DNA of 64,000 nucleotides from an uncultured Lachnospiraceae bacterium (lineage in GTDB: Bacteria; Bacillota; Clostridia; Lachnospirales; Lachnospiraceae): assembly GCA_900317505.1 (NCBI GenBank), contig ONHB01000015.1:15831-79830 (forward strand). The letters run 5' to 3'. Within the stretch, counting starts at the first letter, position 1. Every line of letters starts with the position of its first letter. This document shows positions 1-9,261 of the stretch, piece by piece. Made by a program: the position numbers and the translations under genes. Under the pieces are notes generated by a model that worked only from the letters and a program-made list of their open reading frames with translations, had not been told where the DNA came from and did not search any database.

Positions 1-17
1 ATGGGAGCGTCAGTGGC

Positions 18-275
18 ATGAATTATCGTGTAAACCGCAATCCCATGGAGTTTGTAAAGTTTAGCTCTCCGGAAGAAAAAGCGAATGCTACATTGATCGC
101 ATATATCTGGCCGGGCCCGAAAAATTTTATCAAAACGGATCCCGAAAAGATTTATTCCAAGGAATTTCCATATTCAGATGAGGGAAAAGCGGAGCTGGCT
201 GCATGGATCAGCGAGCAGTATGAAAGCAGAAAAAAAGAATGGGACCGGATAGCGGAAAAGGGATTATTGGGATAA
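18..275 (+). CDS. small hypothetical protein (85 aa)
   Basis: The ORF ends 2 nt before the ABC-F gene on the same strand. The translation shows no recognisable motif. Confidence 0.4.
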   Translation: MNYRVNRNPMEFVKFSSPEEKANATLIAYIWPGPKNFIKTDPEKIYSKEFPYSDEGKAELAAWISEQYESRKKEWDRIAEKGLLG

Positions 276-276
276 T

Positions 277-2118
277 ATGAATATTTTGACAGTGGACGAG
301 ATTACAAAGGCATATGGTGAGCGCAAAATATTTGATCAGGCATCTTTTTTCCTGCATGAAGGAGAAAAGGCCGGGATTCTGGGTATCAACGGAACCGGAA
401 AAACGACACTTTTACGGATGATCGTCGGAGAAGACGAACCGGATACGGGAAATATTATCATGGCCAAAGGCAAGGTTATTTCCTACCTTCCGCAAAATCC
501 TGTTTTTGATCCGGATGAAAATATGCTTTCGGCCGTTCTGCATTTTGAAAATTATGATTCTTCCATTCAAAAAACAGATCAGCTGGCCGGATCAGAGAGT
601 GATGCCAAGGCAATGCTCAGTAAGCTGGGGGTAACTGATTTTGATAAGACCTGTGGACAGCTTTCCGGCGGAGAGAGAAAGAGACTGGCACTGGTCAAAA
701 CCCTGATGGCACCTGCAGATATCCTGATTTTGGATGAGCCGACCAACCATCTGGACCAGTCGATGGCTGACTGGCTGGAGGAGCGGTTAAAGAGCTTTAA
801 AAAGACCATTCTGATGATCACGCATGACCGTTATTTTCTGGACAGTGTATGCAACCGTATTTTGGAAGTTGATAAAGGAAAAATATATTCCTACGAGGCC
901 AATTACGAGGGCTTTTTAAAATTAAAGGCAGAACGTGAAGAAATGGCTGCTGCATCTGACAGGAAGCGTCATTCTATCCTGCGGACGGAGCTTGCATGGG
1001 TACAGAGAGGTGCCAGGGCGCGGTCGACCAAGCAGAAGGCGAGACTGCAGAGATATGAACAGATGAGCCGGATGGCAGATGCCGCAACGGACAAAAATGT
1101 AGAGCTTGGCAGTGTTACAAGCCGCCTTGGCCGGACGACTATTGAGTTGCATGATATTTCCAAAGCCTATGGAGACAAGGTGCTTTTGCAGGATTTTACC
1201 TATTCTTTTCTGAGAAATGACCGGATCGGTTTTATGGGAGCCAATGGCTGCGGCAAGACGACCCTTATGAAAATGATCATGGGTGAGGTCATGCCGGATA
1301 AAGGATATGTGGAGATCGGACAGACTGTCCGTATCGGATATTTTGCACAGGAGATCGGCGAAGATGAGATGAAGCCGGAGCAGAAGGTTATCGATTATAT
1401 CAAGGATGTTTCGGAATATGTAGAGACAAATGATGGAAAGATATCGGCTGCAAAGCTTTTGGAGAAGTTTTTATTTGAGGGTGAAGATCAGTATGGTCCG
1501 ATCGGAAAGCTTTCCGGCGGACAGCGCAGAAGGCTTTATCTTTGTAAGGTCTTGATGGGTGCTCCCAATGTTCTGATTTTGGACGAGCCAACCAATGATC
1601 TGGATGTTACGACATTGACGATTTTGGAGGATTATCTGGATCAGTTTGCCGGGATTGTGATTACAGTTTCTCATGACCGTTATTTCCTTGACCGTGTAGT
1701 AGGCCGGATGTTTATATTTGAAGGCAATGGCATATTGTTCCAGTCCGAGGGCGGATATACGGATTATGTAAACCGTAAGCGGATAAAAGAGCAGGAATCC
1801 AATGATGCTTTGATAGATGATGGTTTACATAATACTAAAGAAAAGCAGAAATGGAACACCGGCAGGGAGAAGAAATTAAAATTTTCCTATCAGGAACAAA
1901 AGGATTATGAGACCATAGAGGCAGATATTGCAAAGCTTGAGGAACAGATTACCGATCTGGAAAAATCCATGCTTGATTATGCGCATGACTTTGTCAAGCT
2001 GCGTGAAATATCCGAGCAGAAGGAATTAGCGGAGGCTAATCTGGAAGAAAAGATGCAACGGTGGATGTATCTGGAAGAGCTGGCAGAAAAAATTGCCGGA
2101 CAGAACGAGAAAGGCTGA
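277..2118 (+). CDS. ABC-F family ATPase (two ABC domains, no transmembrane domain; Uup/EttA-like translation factor or ribosomal-protection type)
   Basis: There are two Walker A motifs (GINGTGKTT, GANGCGKTT) and two ABC signatures (LSGGERKRLAL, LSGGQRRRLYL). The C-terminus is a coiled-coil tail and there are no membrane segments. Confidence 0.9.
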   Translation: MNILTVDEITKAYGERKIFDQASFFLHEGEKAGILGINGTGKTTLLRMIVGEDEPDTGNIIMAKGKVISYLPQNPVFDPDENMLSAVLHFENYDSSIQKTDQLAGSESDAKAMLSKLGVTDFDKTCGQLSGGERKRLALVKTLMAPADILILDEPTNHLDQSMADWLEERLKSFKKTILMITHDRYFLDSVCNRILEVDKGKIYSYEANYEGFLKLKAEREEMAAASDRKRHSILRTELAWVQRGARARSTKQKARLQRYEQMSRMADAATDKNVELGSVTSRLGRTTIELHDISKAYGDKVLLQDFTYSFLRNDRIGFMGANGCGKTTLMKMIMGEVMPDKGYVEIGQTVRIGYFAQEIGEDEMKPEQKVIDYIKDVSEYVETNDGKISAAKLLEKFLFEGEDQYGPIGKLSGGQRRRLYLCKVLMGAPNVLILDEPTNDLDVTTLTILEDYLDQFAGIVITVSHDRYFLDRVVGRMFIFEGNGILFQSEGGYTDYVNRKRIKEQESNDALIDDGLHNTKEKQKWNTGREKKLKFSYQEQKDYETIEADIAKLEEQITDLEKSMLDYAHDFVKLREISEQKELAEANLEEKMQRWMYLEELAEKIAGQNEKG

Positions 2119-2127
2119 TACGAGCAA

Positions 2128-2682
2128 ATGCACGAAGAACAAAAACGAGACGAACAAAAACAAAACGAACAAATGCAGGAAGAACAAAAACAAGACAAAC
2201 AAAATGACCAGGCAGTAAAAGAACTCATTTCCAAATATGCAATCAAAGGATACTTTCCGGAAGGCAAGATCCGCAAGCTGTATCTGGATGCAGAAAGTCC
2301 AAAAGAAGCGGAAAAAGAGATACAAAAACAGCACGAAGAGGCCAGTCAGAAAAGAGAAACCGCATATCAGACCCGTCTGAAAAATTTTGAAAATGCAGAA
2401 ACCGCCAAGGACTATGAAAGTGTAAAGGAAAGTCTGGAAGCTTTGGACGGATACAAGGACTGTGAAGCTCTGATAAAAGAGTGCGAAAAAAAGGCCGAGG
2501 AGCTGCGACAGAAGCAGATTGCTGCAAGAAGAGAAGAGGAAAAAGAGCTGGAGCAGGATCTTAAGGAGCATTTTGTCAAAGATAAACGCACCCTTAGGTG
2601 GAATGTGCTGGGAGCCATTATTTTTATTATTATCAATACCATTGTTTTACTCTGGATCGGTGAAAAAATTATGTGGATGTAG
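2128..2682 (+). CDS. hypothetical tail-anchored protein with a K/E/Q-rich repetitive N-terminus
   Basis: Nucleotide repeats (gaacaaaaac) encode an EQK-rich region. The protein ends in one hydrophobic helix (WNVLGAIIFIIINTIVLLWIG). It lies 9 nt downstream of the ABC-F gene. The true start is uncertain. Confidence 0.4.
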   Translation: MHEEQKRDEQKQNEQMQEEQKQDKQNDQAVKELISKYAIKGYFPEGKIRKLYLDAESPKEAEKEIQKQHEEASQKRETAYQTRLKNFENAETAKDYESVKESLEALDGYKDCEALIKECEKKAEELRQKQIAARREEEKELEQDLKEHFVKDKRTLRWNVLGAIIFIIINTIVLLWIGEKIMWM

Positions 2683-2734
2683 AGGACAACGGTTGACAAA
2701 CCGGGGCTTTTTGCATATTCTAATAATGATAAGA

Positions 2735-2992
2735 TAAAGGCGTTGAGCGGATAGAGTAGTTTTTGTGAAAGCATCAGAGATGGATTGTCACCGGCTGAAA
2801 GCAATCCTTGCAGGAACAATGATGAAGTGCATTCGTAAGCCTGCTTTCGGAAAAGTTTTTGAGTATGAAAGCACGTTTCCCGCGTTAAGGGGTCAAGGTG
2901 CCGATGCATGTGTCTTTTGGCAGATGCACGGAAGCAGAGTGGAACCGCGATATGATCGTCTCTGACAGGAATTTCTGTCAGAGATTTTTTAT
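2735..2992 (+). promoter_or_regulatory. T-box riboswitch leader (probably Cys-specific) ahead of cysE-cysS
   Basis: AGAGTGGAACCGCG at 2936-2949 matches the T-box consensus (GGGTGGNACCGCG). It is followed by a terminator hairpin, ctctgacag..ctgtcagag plus a T-run, at 2959-2990. It sits directly upstream of cysE, the same arrangement as the B. subtilis cysE-cysS T-box. A TGC specifier candidate lies in the upstream stem region (gaagtgcattcg). Confidence 0.65.
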
Positions 2993-3028
2993 TATTCATA
3001 AATGTATATGTGACAGGGAAGTATAAAA

Positions 3029-3691
3029 ATGGGTTTTATTAAAAATATTAAAGAAGAAATTGCATTGATCCGGGAAAGGGACCCCGCAATCCATTCCGAT
3101 ATGGAAGTCTTTTTGTATCCGAGCTTTAAGGTTATGATGCATTATCGTCTGGCGCACAAGCTTTACAAAAAAGGTCATTATTTCTGGGCGCGTTATATTT
3201 CGCAGCGTGGCGTCAGAAAGACCGGAATTGAGATACATCCCGGAGCAGAGATCGGTAAGGGACTTTTCATCGATCACGGCAACGGTGTTATCATCGGAGA
3301 AACGACGATCATCGGAGACAACGTGACGCTGTATCAGGGCGTGACGCTTGGTGGTACCGGCAAGGAGCAGGGAAAGCGTCATCCGACCATTGGCAACAAC
3401 GTGATGATCAGTGCCGGCGCCAAGGTGCTGGGGTCTTTCAAGATCGGGGACAACAGTAAAATCGGAGCCGGAAGTGTCGTTTTGGAAGAGGTTCCGCCCA
3501 ATTCAACCGTTGTCGGCGTACCCGGAAGAGTGGTAAAAAGAGACAATATCCATCTGCCGCAGGATGAGCTTGATCAGGTTCATATGCCCGACCCGGTACG
3601 TGAGGAATTAAACAATCTCTGGCAGATGAACCGGATGCTTTCTGAAAGATTGGAGCATATGGAAGACCAATTAAGGGAAAATACAAAATAG
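3029..3691 (+). CDS. cysE: serine O-acetyltransferase
   Basis: Hexapeptide-repeat acyltransferase signature (GNNVMISAGAKVLG, IGAGSVV). Its position ahead of cysS supports the call. Confidence 0.9.
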   Translation: MGFIKNIKEEIALIRERDPAIHSDMEVFLYPSFKVMMHYRLAHKLYKKGHYFWARYISQRGVRKTGIEIHPGAEIGKGLFIDHGNGVIIGETTIIGDNVTLYQGVTLGGTGKEQGKRHPTIGNNVMISAGAKVLGSFKIGDNSKIGAGSVVLEEVPPNSTVVGVPGRVVKRDNIHLPQDELDQVHMPDPVREELNNLWQMNRMLSERLEHMEDQLRENTK

Positions 3692-3716
3692 ATTACAATA
3701 TAAAAGGAGACTATGT

Positions 3717-5126
3717 ATGAAAATCTACAACACACTGAGCAAGAGAAAAGAAGAATTTGAACCGATAGAGGAAGGCAAAGTCAGAATGTATGTCTGCGGC
3801 CCGACTGTATACAATCTGATCCATATCGGAAACGCACGTCCGATGATCGTATTTGATACTGTCAGACGTTATATGGAGCACAAGGGCTATGATGTCAACT
3901 ATGTATCCAATTTTACAGATGTTGATGACAAGATCATCAAAGCAGCCAATGAAGAAGGCGTGGATGCATCCGTTATTTCCGAGCGTTATATTGCAGAGTG
4001 CAAAAAGGATATGCAGGGAATGAACGTAAAGCCTGCCACAACCAATCCCAAGGCAACAGAGGAAATTGACGGTATGATCGACATGATCGATACCCTGATC
4101 AAAAACGGTCATGCTTATGTGGCAGCAGACGGCACGGTTTATTACCGCACCAGAAGCTTCAAGGACTATGGCAAGCTTTCACACAAAAATATCGATGATT
4201 TACAGGGCGGTATGAGATCCCTGCTTGTCAGCGGTGAAGACCAGAAAGAAGATCCGCTTGACTTCGTATTGTGGAAACCCAAAAAAGAAGGAGAGCCTTA
4301 TTGGGAATCACCCTGGTGCGAAGGACGTCCCGGCTGGCATATTGAATGCTCTGTTATGAGTAAAAAATACCTTGGAGACCAGATCGATATTCATGCCGGT
4401 GGAGAAGACCTGATTTTCCCTCACCATGAAAATGAGATCGCACAGTCAGAGGCTGCTAACGGAAAAGAGTTTTCCAAATACTGGATGCACAATGCCTTTT
4501 TAAATATTGACAATAAAAAGATGAGTAAGTCACTGGGCAACTTCTTTACCGTACGTGATATCAGTGAAAAATACGATCTTCAGGTACTGCGTTTCTTTAT
4601 GCTGTCCGCACATTACAGAAGCCCGCTTAATTTCAGTGCAGATCTGATGATGGCTGCCAAAAACGGACTGGAGCGTATCATCACCGGCACAGAAAACGTG
4701 AAGTTTGCACTTTCGAATGCAACAAAGGAAAACATGGATGATGCAGAAAAAGCACTTTTGGCAGAAGCAAAAGAATTTGAAACCAAATTTGATGACGCCA
4801 TGGATGATGACTTCAATACGGCAGATGCCATTTCTGTTATTTTTGAGCTGATCAAATTTGCCAATATCAATGCAACAGCAGATAAGTCCAAAGAATTTTT
4901 ACAGGCAATTTTAGATGAGATCAAAGAGCTTGCCGATATCTGCGGACTGATCGTGGAAAAAGAAGATGAAATGCTGGATGCCGATATAGAGGCTCTGATC
5001 GCAGAAAGAACAGCAGCTAAAAAAGAAAAGAACTTTGCAAAAGCAGATGCCATCCGTAATGAACTGCTGGAAAAAGGTATTATTCTGGAAGATACACGTG
5101 AGGGCGTGAAATGGAAGAGAGCATAA
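3717..5126 (+). CDS. cysS: cysteine--tRNA ligase
   Basis: Class I aminoacyl-tRNA synthetase motifs HIGN (HIGNARP) and KMSKS (KMSKSLGN). It also has the zinc-binding Cys residues typical of CysRS. Confidence 0.95.
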   Translation: MKIYNTLSKRKEEFEPIEEGKVRMYVCGPTVYNLIHIGNARPMIVFDTVRRYMEHKGYDVNYVSNFTDVDDKIIKAANEEGVDASVISERYIAECKKDMQGMNVKPATTNPKATEEIDGMIDMIDTLIKNGHAYVAADGTVYYRTRSFKDYGKLSHKNIDDLQGGMRSLLVSGEDQKEDPLDFVLWKPKKEGEPYWESPWCEGRPGWHIECSVMSKKYLGDQIDIHAGGEDLIFPHHENEIAQSEAANGKEFSKYWMHNAFLNIDNKKMSKSLGNFFTVRDISEKYDLQVLRFFMLSAHYRSPLNFSADLMMAAKNGLERIITGTENVKFALSNATKENMDDAEKALLAEAKEFETKFDDAMDDDFNTADAISVIFELIKFANINATADKSKEFLQAILDEIKELADICGLIVEKEDEMLDADIEALIAERTAAKKEKNFAKADAIRNELLEKGIILEDTREGVKWKRA

Positions 5127-5551
5127 GCTTACTTGATAAGATAAAAAAGACATTTGACTGTAAGGAAGTGGACGTAAGGGCATATTCGCCCCTGACACTG
5201 GCATTTATGGGAGACTGTGTGTTTGAAATCATCATACGGAGTGTTGTTGTGGAAAGAGGTAACCGCCAGGCAGGAGGTTTACATAAAACCAAAAGCGCGG
5301 TTGTCAATGCCAAGGTGCAGGCGCAGATGATAGAAGCACTGATGGACAGTCTGACAGAAGAGGAGCGTGCGGTGTACAAGCGTGGCAGAAATGCCAAGCC
5401 ACACACGGTCGCTAAAAATGCGTCCATAAATGATTACCGTAAGGCAACCGGGCTGGAAGCGCTGTATGGATATCTATATCTTTCAGGGCAGGAAGACCGG
5501 ATACTGGAGCTGACAAAGCTTGGGCTTGATCTGATTGAGGTAAAAATCTGA
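5111..5551 (+). CDS. mrnC: Mini-ribonuclease 3 (Mini-III)
   Basis: About 145 aa with the RNase III-like catalytic signature (LAFMGDCVFE). It sits between cysS and rlmB exactly as in the B. subtilis cysE-cysS-mrnC-yacO-sigH cluster. Confidence 0.85.
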   Translation: MEESISLLDKIKKTFDCKEVDVRAYSPLTLAFMGDCVFEIIIRSVVVERGNRQAGGLHKTKSAVVNAKVQAQMIEALMDSLTEEERAVYKRGRNAKPHTVAKNASINDYRKATGLEALYGYLYLSGQEDRILELTKLGLDLIEVKI

Positions 5552-5601
5552 TCAGGGTAAAAAGTATCAAATGTACAAGATAAAGGAGCGATACAAACAA
5601 C

Positions 5602-6342
5602 ATGGCATACGAAGAATCGTATATCGAAGGAAGAAATGCAGTCATAGAGGCATTTCGTTCCGGAAAGACAATAGATAAATTATATATTCTGGATGGCTGT
5701 CAGGACGGACCGATGTCCACCATCCGCAGAGAAGCTAAAAAACACGGCTCCCTGATGAAATTTGTTACCAAGGAACGTCTGGACCAGATTTCACAGACCG
5801 GCAAGCATCAGGGCGTTATTGCAGTATGTGCTGCCTACACTTATGCGGAAGTAGATGATATTCTGGAGGCTGCCAGACAAAAGGGAGAGGATCCGTTTAT
5901 TTTTATTCTGGATGGAATAGAGGACCCGCATAATCTGGGTGCTATTATCAGAACAGCCAATTTAGCCGGTGCCCATGGGGTGATCATTCCCAAAAACAGG
6001 GCTGTCGGCCTGACCGCTACGGTTGCCCGGACATCAGCCGGAGCACTCAATTATACACCGGTTGCCAAGGTAACCAATCTGGGCAAGACCATGGAAGAAC
6101 TCAAAAAAGAGGGACTTTGGTTTGTATGCGCAGATATGGATGGCACCAGAATGTATGATCTCAATCTTAAGGGACCAATCGGACTGGTGATCGGAAATGA
6201 AGGTGAGGGTGTGAGCCGCCTGGTAAAGGAAACCTGTGATATGACAGCTGCAATTCCCATGAAGGGGGATATTGATTCCTTAAATGCATCGGTTGCTGCC
6301 GGTGTGCTGGCTTATGAAATCGTGAGACAACGGATGAATTGA
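5602..6342 (+). CDS. rlmB: 23S rRNA (guanosine-2'-O)-methyltransferase, SpoU/TrmH family (RlmB/YacO)
   Basis: SpoU-type motifs (LDGIEDPHNLGAIIRTA, GNEGEGV, LNASVAAGV). Confidence 0.9.
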   Translation: MAYEESYIEGRNAVIEAFRSGKTIDKLYILDGCQDGPMSTIRREAKKHGSLMKFVTKERLDQISQTGKHQGVIAVCAAYTYAEVDDILEAARQKGEDPFIFILDGIEDPHNLGAIIRTANLAGAHGVIIPKNRAVGLTATVARTSAGALNYTPVAKVTNLGKTMEELKKEGLWFVCADMDGTRMYDLNLKGPIGLVIGNEGEGVSRLVKETCDMTAAIPMKGDIDSLNASVAAGVLAYEIVRQRMN

Positions 6343-6343
6343 T

Positions 6344-6955
6344 ATGAAGGATTTTTCGGATTTTACCGATGAGGAGCTGATCATCCGATATCGGGATGGA
6401 GACAAACAGATCGTGGATTATCTCATGGATAAATACAAGCATGTGGTACGCAGTAAAGCAGGCCGGATGTTTATTTTGGGTGCCGATAAGGATGACCTGA
6501 TCCAGGAGGGCATGATCGGTCTGTTTAAAGCGGTAAGAGACTACGACAGCGGCAGGGATGCAAGTTTCTTAACCTTTGCTGAGCTTTGTATATCCCGTCA
6601 GATGTATACTGCCATTCAGGCTGCAAACCGTAAAAAGCATCTGCCGTTAAATTCCTATATTTCCTTATATAAAAATCAGGAGGATGAAACGCTGGAGGGG
6701 CAGTTGATTGGCGCCATCCAGAATTTTTCAGAACAAAATCCGGAGGAAATTCTGATCGACCGGGAAAATGTAGAGGCATTGCAGACGATCATAGATCAGG
6801 AGCTCAGCACCTTTGAGCGTCAGGTCCTTGAGCTTTCCATGACGGGAATGGGTTATATCGATATTGCAAGGCTTTTGGGCAAGGATCCGAAGTCTACAGA
6901 TAATGCATTAAACCGAGTGAAAACAAAAATCCGAAAAGCAATCGCCAGAAACTAA
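6344..6955 (+). CDS. sigH: RNA polymerase sigma-70 family sigma factor, SigH-type
   Basis: Sigma region 2 (DLIQEGMIGLFKAVRDYD) and a region 4 HTH (MGYIDIARLLGKDPKSTDNALNR). The conserved position after rlmB supports SigH. Confidence 0.85.
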   Translation: MKDFSDFTDEELIIRYRDGDKQIVDYLMDKYKHVVRSKAGRMFILGADKDDLIQEGMIGLFKAVRDYDSGRDASFLTFAELCISRQMYTAIQAANRKKHLPLNSYISLYKNQEDETLEGQLIGAIQNFSEQNPEEILIDRENVEALQTIIDQELSTFERQVLELSMTGMGYIDIARLLGKDPKSTDNALNRVKTKIRKAIARN

Positions 6956-6965
6956 AATATTTCAT

Positions 6966-6994
6966 TGACAAAAAATTTCCACCATGCTACAATG
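6966..6994 (+). promoter_or_regulatory. sigma-A-type promoter for tRNA-Thr
   Basis: TTGACA-N17-TACAAT: ttgaca at 6966-6971 and tacaat at 6989-6994. The tRNA begins about 20 nt downstream. Confidence 0.55.
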
Positions 6995-7013
6995 AACGTC
7001 GGTGAGTTAACCG

Positions 7014-7086
7014 GCTGATATAGCTCAGGTGGTAGAGCGTCGCATTGGTAATGCGGAGGTCACGGGTCCGAGTCCCGTTATCAGCT
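7014..7086 (+). tRNA. tRNA-Thr (anticodon GGU)
   Basis: I folded the cloverleaf by hand. The acceptor stem GCTGATA pairs with TATCAGC. The D arm is GCTC-AGGTGGTA-GAGC. The anticodon loop TTGGTAA gives anticodon GGT. The T arm is ACGGG-TCCGAGT-CCCGT, followed by discriminator T. No CCA is encoded. Confidence 0.85.
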
Positions 7087-7106
7087 TTTTATTATGCTCA
7101 AAAATA

Positions 7107-7140
7107 AAAGCATGCATCCGGTTGGATACATGCTTTTTGT
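7107..7140. terminator. bidirectional rho-independent terminator
   Basis: The hairpin aaaagcatg..catgctttt has an A-run on one side and a T-run on the other. It lies between the tRNA (+) and the convergent gene at 7164-7508 (-). Confidence 0.5.
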
Positions 7141-7163
7141 TTGAAATATGTAATGGATAAGGA

Positions 7164-7508
7164 TTATTCTTCCTCTTCTTCAGCCTCTTTCTTGACAGGC
7201 ATCATTTTTTCTCTGTACTTATCTTCAAAGACTTCCAATTCAATCCTGTAAGCATCCTTTTCCACGATCAGCTCTTCGATGTGATCATCGATCAGCTTCA
7301 TTTCTGCTTTTACTTCGTCAAGGTGCTGTCTGATCAGTTTACTTCCTTTTTCAAGAAGATGATCATCCAGACACTGATTGTACAAGTCAGCTCTGAATTT
7401 TAAAAGCTTTTTTTCTTCCTTCTGGGCTTTGATCTGCTGCTCAACAGAAGTAAAGGATACTTTTAATTCTTTGTAAATTTCGTCCTGAAGTCTGGTATCT
7501 TTTTCCAT
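7164..7508 (-). CDS. hypothetical coiled-coil protein (114 aa, acidic C-terminus)
   Basis: A clean ORF with a heptad-like charged sequence. I recognise no family. Confidence 0.55.
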   Translation of the reverse strand: MEKDTRLQDEIYKELKVSFTSVEQQIKAQKEEKKLLKFRADLYNQCLDDHLLEKGSKLIRQHLDEVKAEMKLIDDHIEELIVEKDAYRIELEVFEDKYREKMMPVKKEAEEEEE

Positions 7509-7644
7509 TTGTATATCTCCTTTACACGTTTTTTTATACTATATGCCGTATACCTTAGAGATAAAATAATTATAGCAAATGTTTTACAATCTGCATAGTG
7601 GTGTGTTAAAATTATTTTGTGAATAATTCTGGGGAGAACTGCTT

Positions 7645-9261
7645 ATGACAGGCATGGAAAGTAAAGAGATTTTTACAAAAGCAAATAAAAAAATATCTTT
7701 TTTCTTATTGGGATTTTTATTGTTGATTCCATTGGTTATCGTCCTGTATCTGACGAATATTCTGACCTACGAATCCAATGAAGTGATCGCATTGTGTGTC
7801 TGTGTTTTTATTTTGTCGGTTGCCCCGTTTTTTATTAACAGATTTTCATACAATGAAAATTTTAACTGTTCCTGCAATCTCTATTGTCTGGAGCTTTTAC
7901 TTCTGGCCATTGCGTTCAATCCGCTCTGGGATCTTACCCTTGTGTATCTGGTTATGCCGGTTGTCAGCCTGATTTATTTTAACCGGGGGGTTTTGCACAA
8001 GATGTCCATTATTGCGTTTCTTGGCATGATGTTTGTAAAGGGCGTGAGACTGGGGACGATCGTCTTCTGCGGCATTGCCAGTGGCAGCGAGCTTCATCCG
8101 TATTATACCGATCTGTTGATTGCATCTATCGAATATATTATTGCAGCGATCATTTTACTAAAGGTTTTTGAAATGATGGAGGATGCGTACAGCAAGGTTT
8201 CTTATGCGTCCGTGATGCATAAAAAGGAAGCCTCAGAGCAGCCCCTATCCGGCAATGATCTGCAGTCTGCGGCATCCGGCAGACAAAAGCCGGATTATGG
8301 TGATGTTTATGATGTCCAGCACTTTTTTGCGATTCTGGCTGCCGATATGGAGACCCTTATCAAGGGCAAAAACAAGCAGTTTACGCTGGATCTGGATAAT
8401 CACATGCCTGTGGCATTATACGGCAAAAAGGCGCTTCTTCGGGACGCACTTGTCAATATCTGTTCGGATCTTCTGATGTACAAGACCGAATCGGATGTCA
8501 ATATGTACGTTACATATGAGACTGGTATCAATTTAAAAAAGAAAGAAAATATCACGATGATCATCCGGATTGACAGCAATGCGGAGTTGAACAGGAACAC
8601 AGCGGACAAAAAGGCGCTGGGATATTTTTTAAGTAAAAAGATCATTGATGAGCTGGAAGGCGATCTGATCGAGCTGGATGATGACGGCAAGACAATTTTC
8701 AAAATAAGGCTCTTACAACGCGTCGAGGATGACCAGACGATTGAGGAAAGACAGAACAAGCAAAGAGAGGCCCTTTTGGAATTGAAAGAGGCTGCCATTG
8801 CAGATAAGGCCGAGGAAACGGCCGGAAATATGTTTCACAGTGATGTGCATGTCATGGTGGTGGATGACAACAGAGAGGCCAGAAAGCTGGTTGATTCGAT
8901 CCTTACGGCTGTCGGTATCAGCGTGACATCTGCCAAAAGCGGTGTTGAGTGTCTGGAATTATTAAAAACGCAGGAATATGACCTTGTCTTTATTGATGAC
9001 ATGATGCCGGACAAGAGTGGTGTGGAAACTGTCAAAGAAATCCGTTTTCAGGACAGCGAATATTATCAGAAGCTTCCCGTTGTCATGATGTCCATCCATG
9101 GTGGCAGGGAAGATGACAAAAAGTATCTGGCACAGGGCTTTACAGACTGTATCAGAAAGCCGGTCAATGGAGAAGAAGTAAAGGCCTGTCTGAAAAAATG
9201 GGTCAAGGATGATTATCGGATGAGTTATGAAGAATATATGAGGATTCAAAATGAAGGTTGA
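7645..9261 (+). CDS. membrane-anchored hybrid signalling protein with an HATPase-like region and a C-terminal response-regulator receiver domain
   Basis: The N-terminal ~180 aa contain several hydrophobic helices. A middle region resembles a histidine-kinase ATPase fold, but I could not find an H-box. The C-terminus is a REC domain (VMVVDDNREARKLVDSIL...LVFIDDMMPDKSG...K) carrying the conserved Asp and Lys residues. Confidence 0.7.
   Translation: MTGMESKEIFTKANKKISFFLLGFLLLIPLVIVLYLTNILTYESNEVIALCVCVFILSVAPFFINRFSYNENFNCSCNLYCLELLLLAIAFNPLWDLTLVYLVMPVVSLIYFNRGVLHKMSIIAFLGMMFVKGVRLGTIVFCGIASGSELHPYYTDLLIASIEYIIAAIILLKVFEMMEDAYSKVSYASVMHKKEASEQPLSGNDLQSAASGRQKPDYGDVYDVQHFFAILAADMETLIKGKNKQFTLDLDNHMPVALYGKKALLRDALVNICSDLLMYKTESDVNMYVTYETGINLKKKENITMIIRIDSNAELNRNTADKKALGYFLSKKIIDELEGDLIELDDDGKTIFKIRLLQRVEDDQTIEERQNKQREALLELKEAAIADKAEETAGNMFHSDVHVMVVDDNREARKLVDSILTAVGISVTSAKSGVECLELLKTQEYDLVFIDDMMPDKSGVETVKEIRFQDSEYYQKLPVVMMSIHGGREDDKKYLAQGFTDCIRKPVNGEEVKACLKKWVKDDYRMSYEEYMRIQNEG

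Noticed and set aside
2026-2999. Several 90-195-aa minus-strand ORFs (2026..2571, 2243..2527, 2412..2999).
   Set aside because: They are antisense to the K/E-repeat gene and the T-box leader. Their Phe/Leu/Ser-rich composition is typical of reverse-frame A-rich coding sequence.
4613-5427. Minus-strand ORFs of 97-146 aa inside cysS and mrnC.
   Set aside because: They are antisense to genes carrying strong catalytic motifs. They are Ser/Ala/Ile-rich low-complexity translations.
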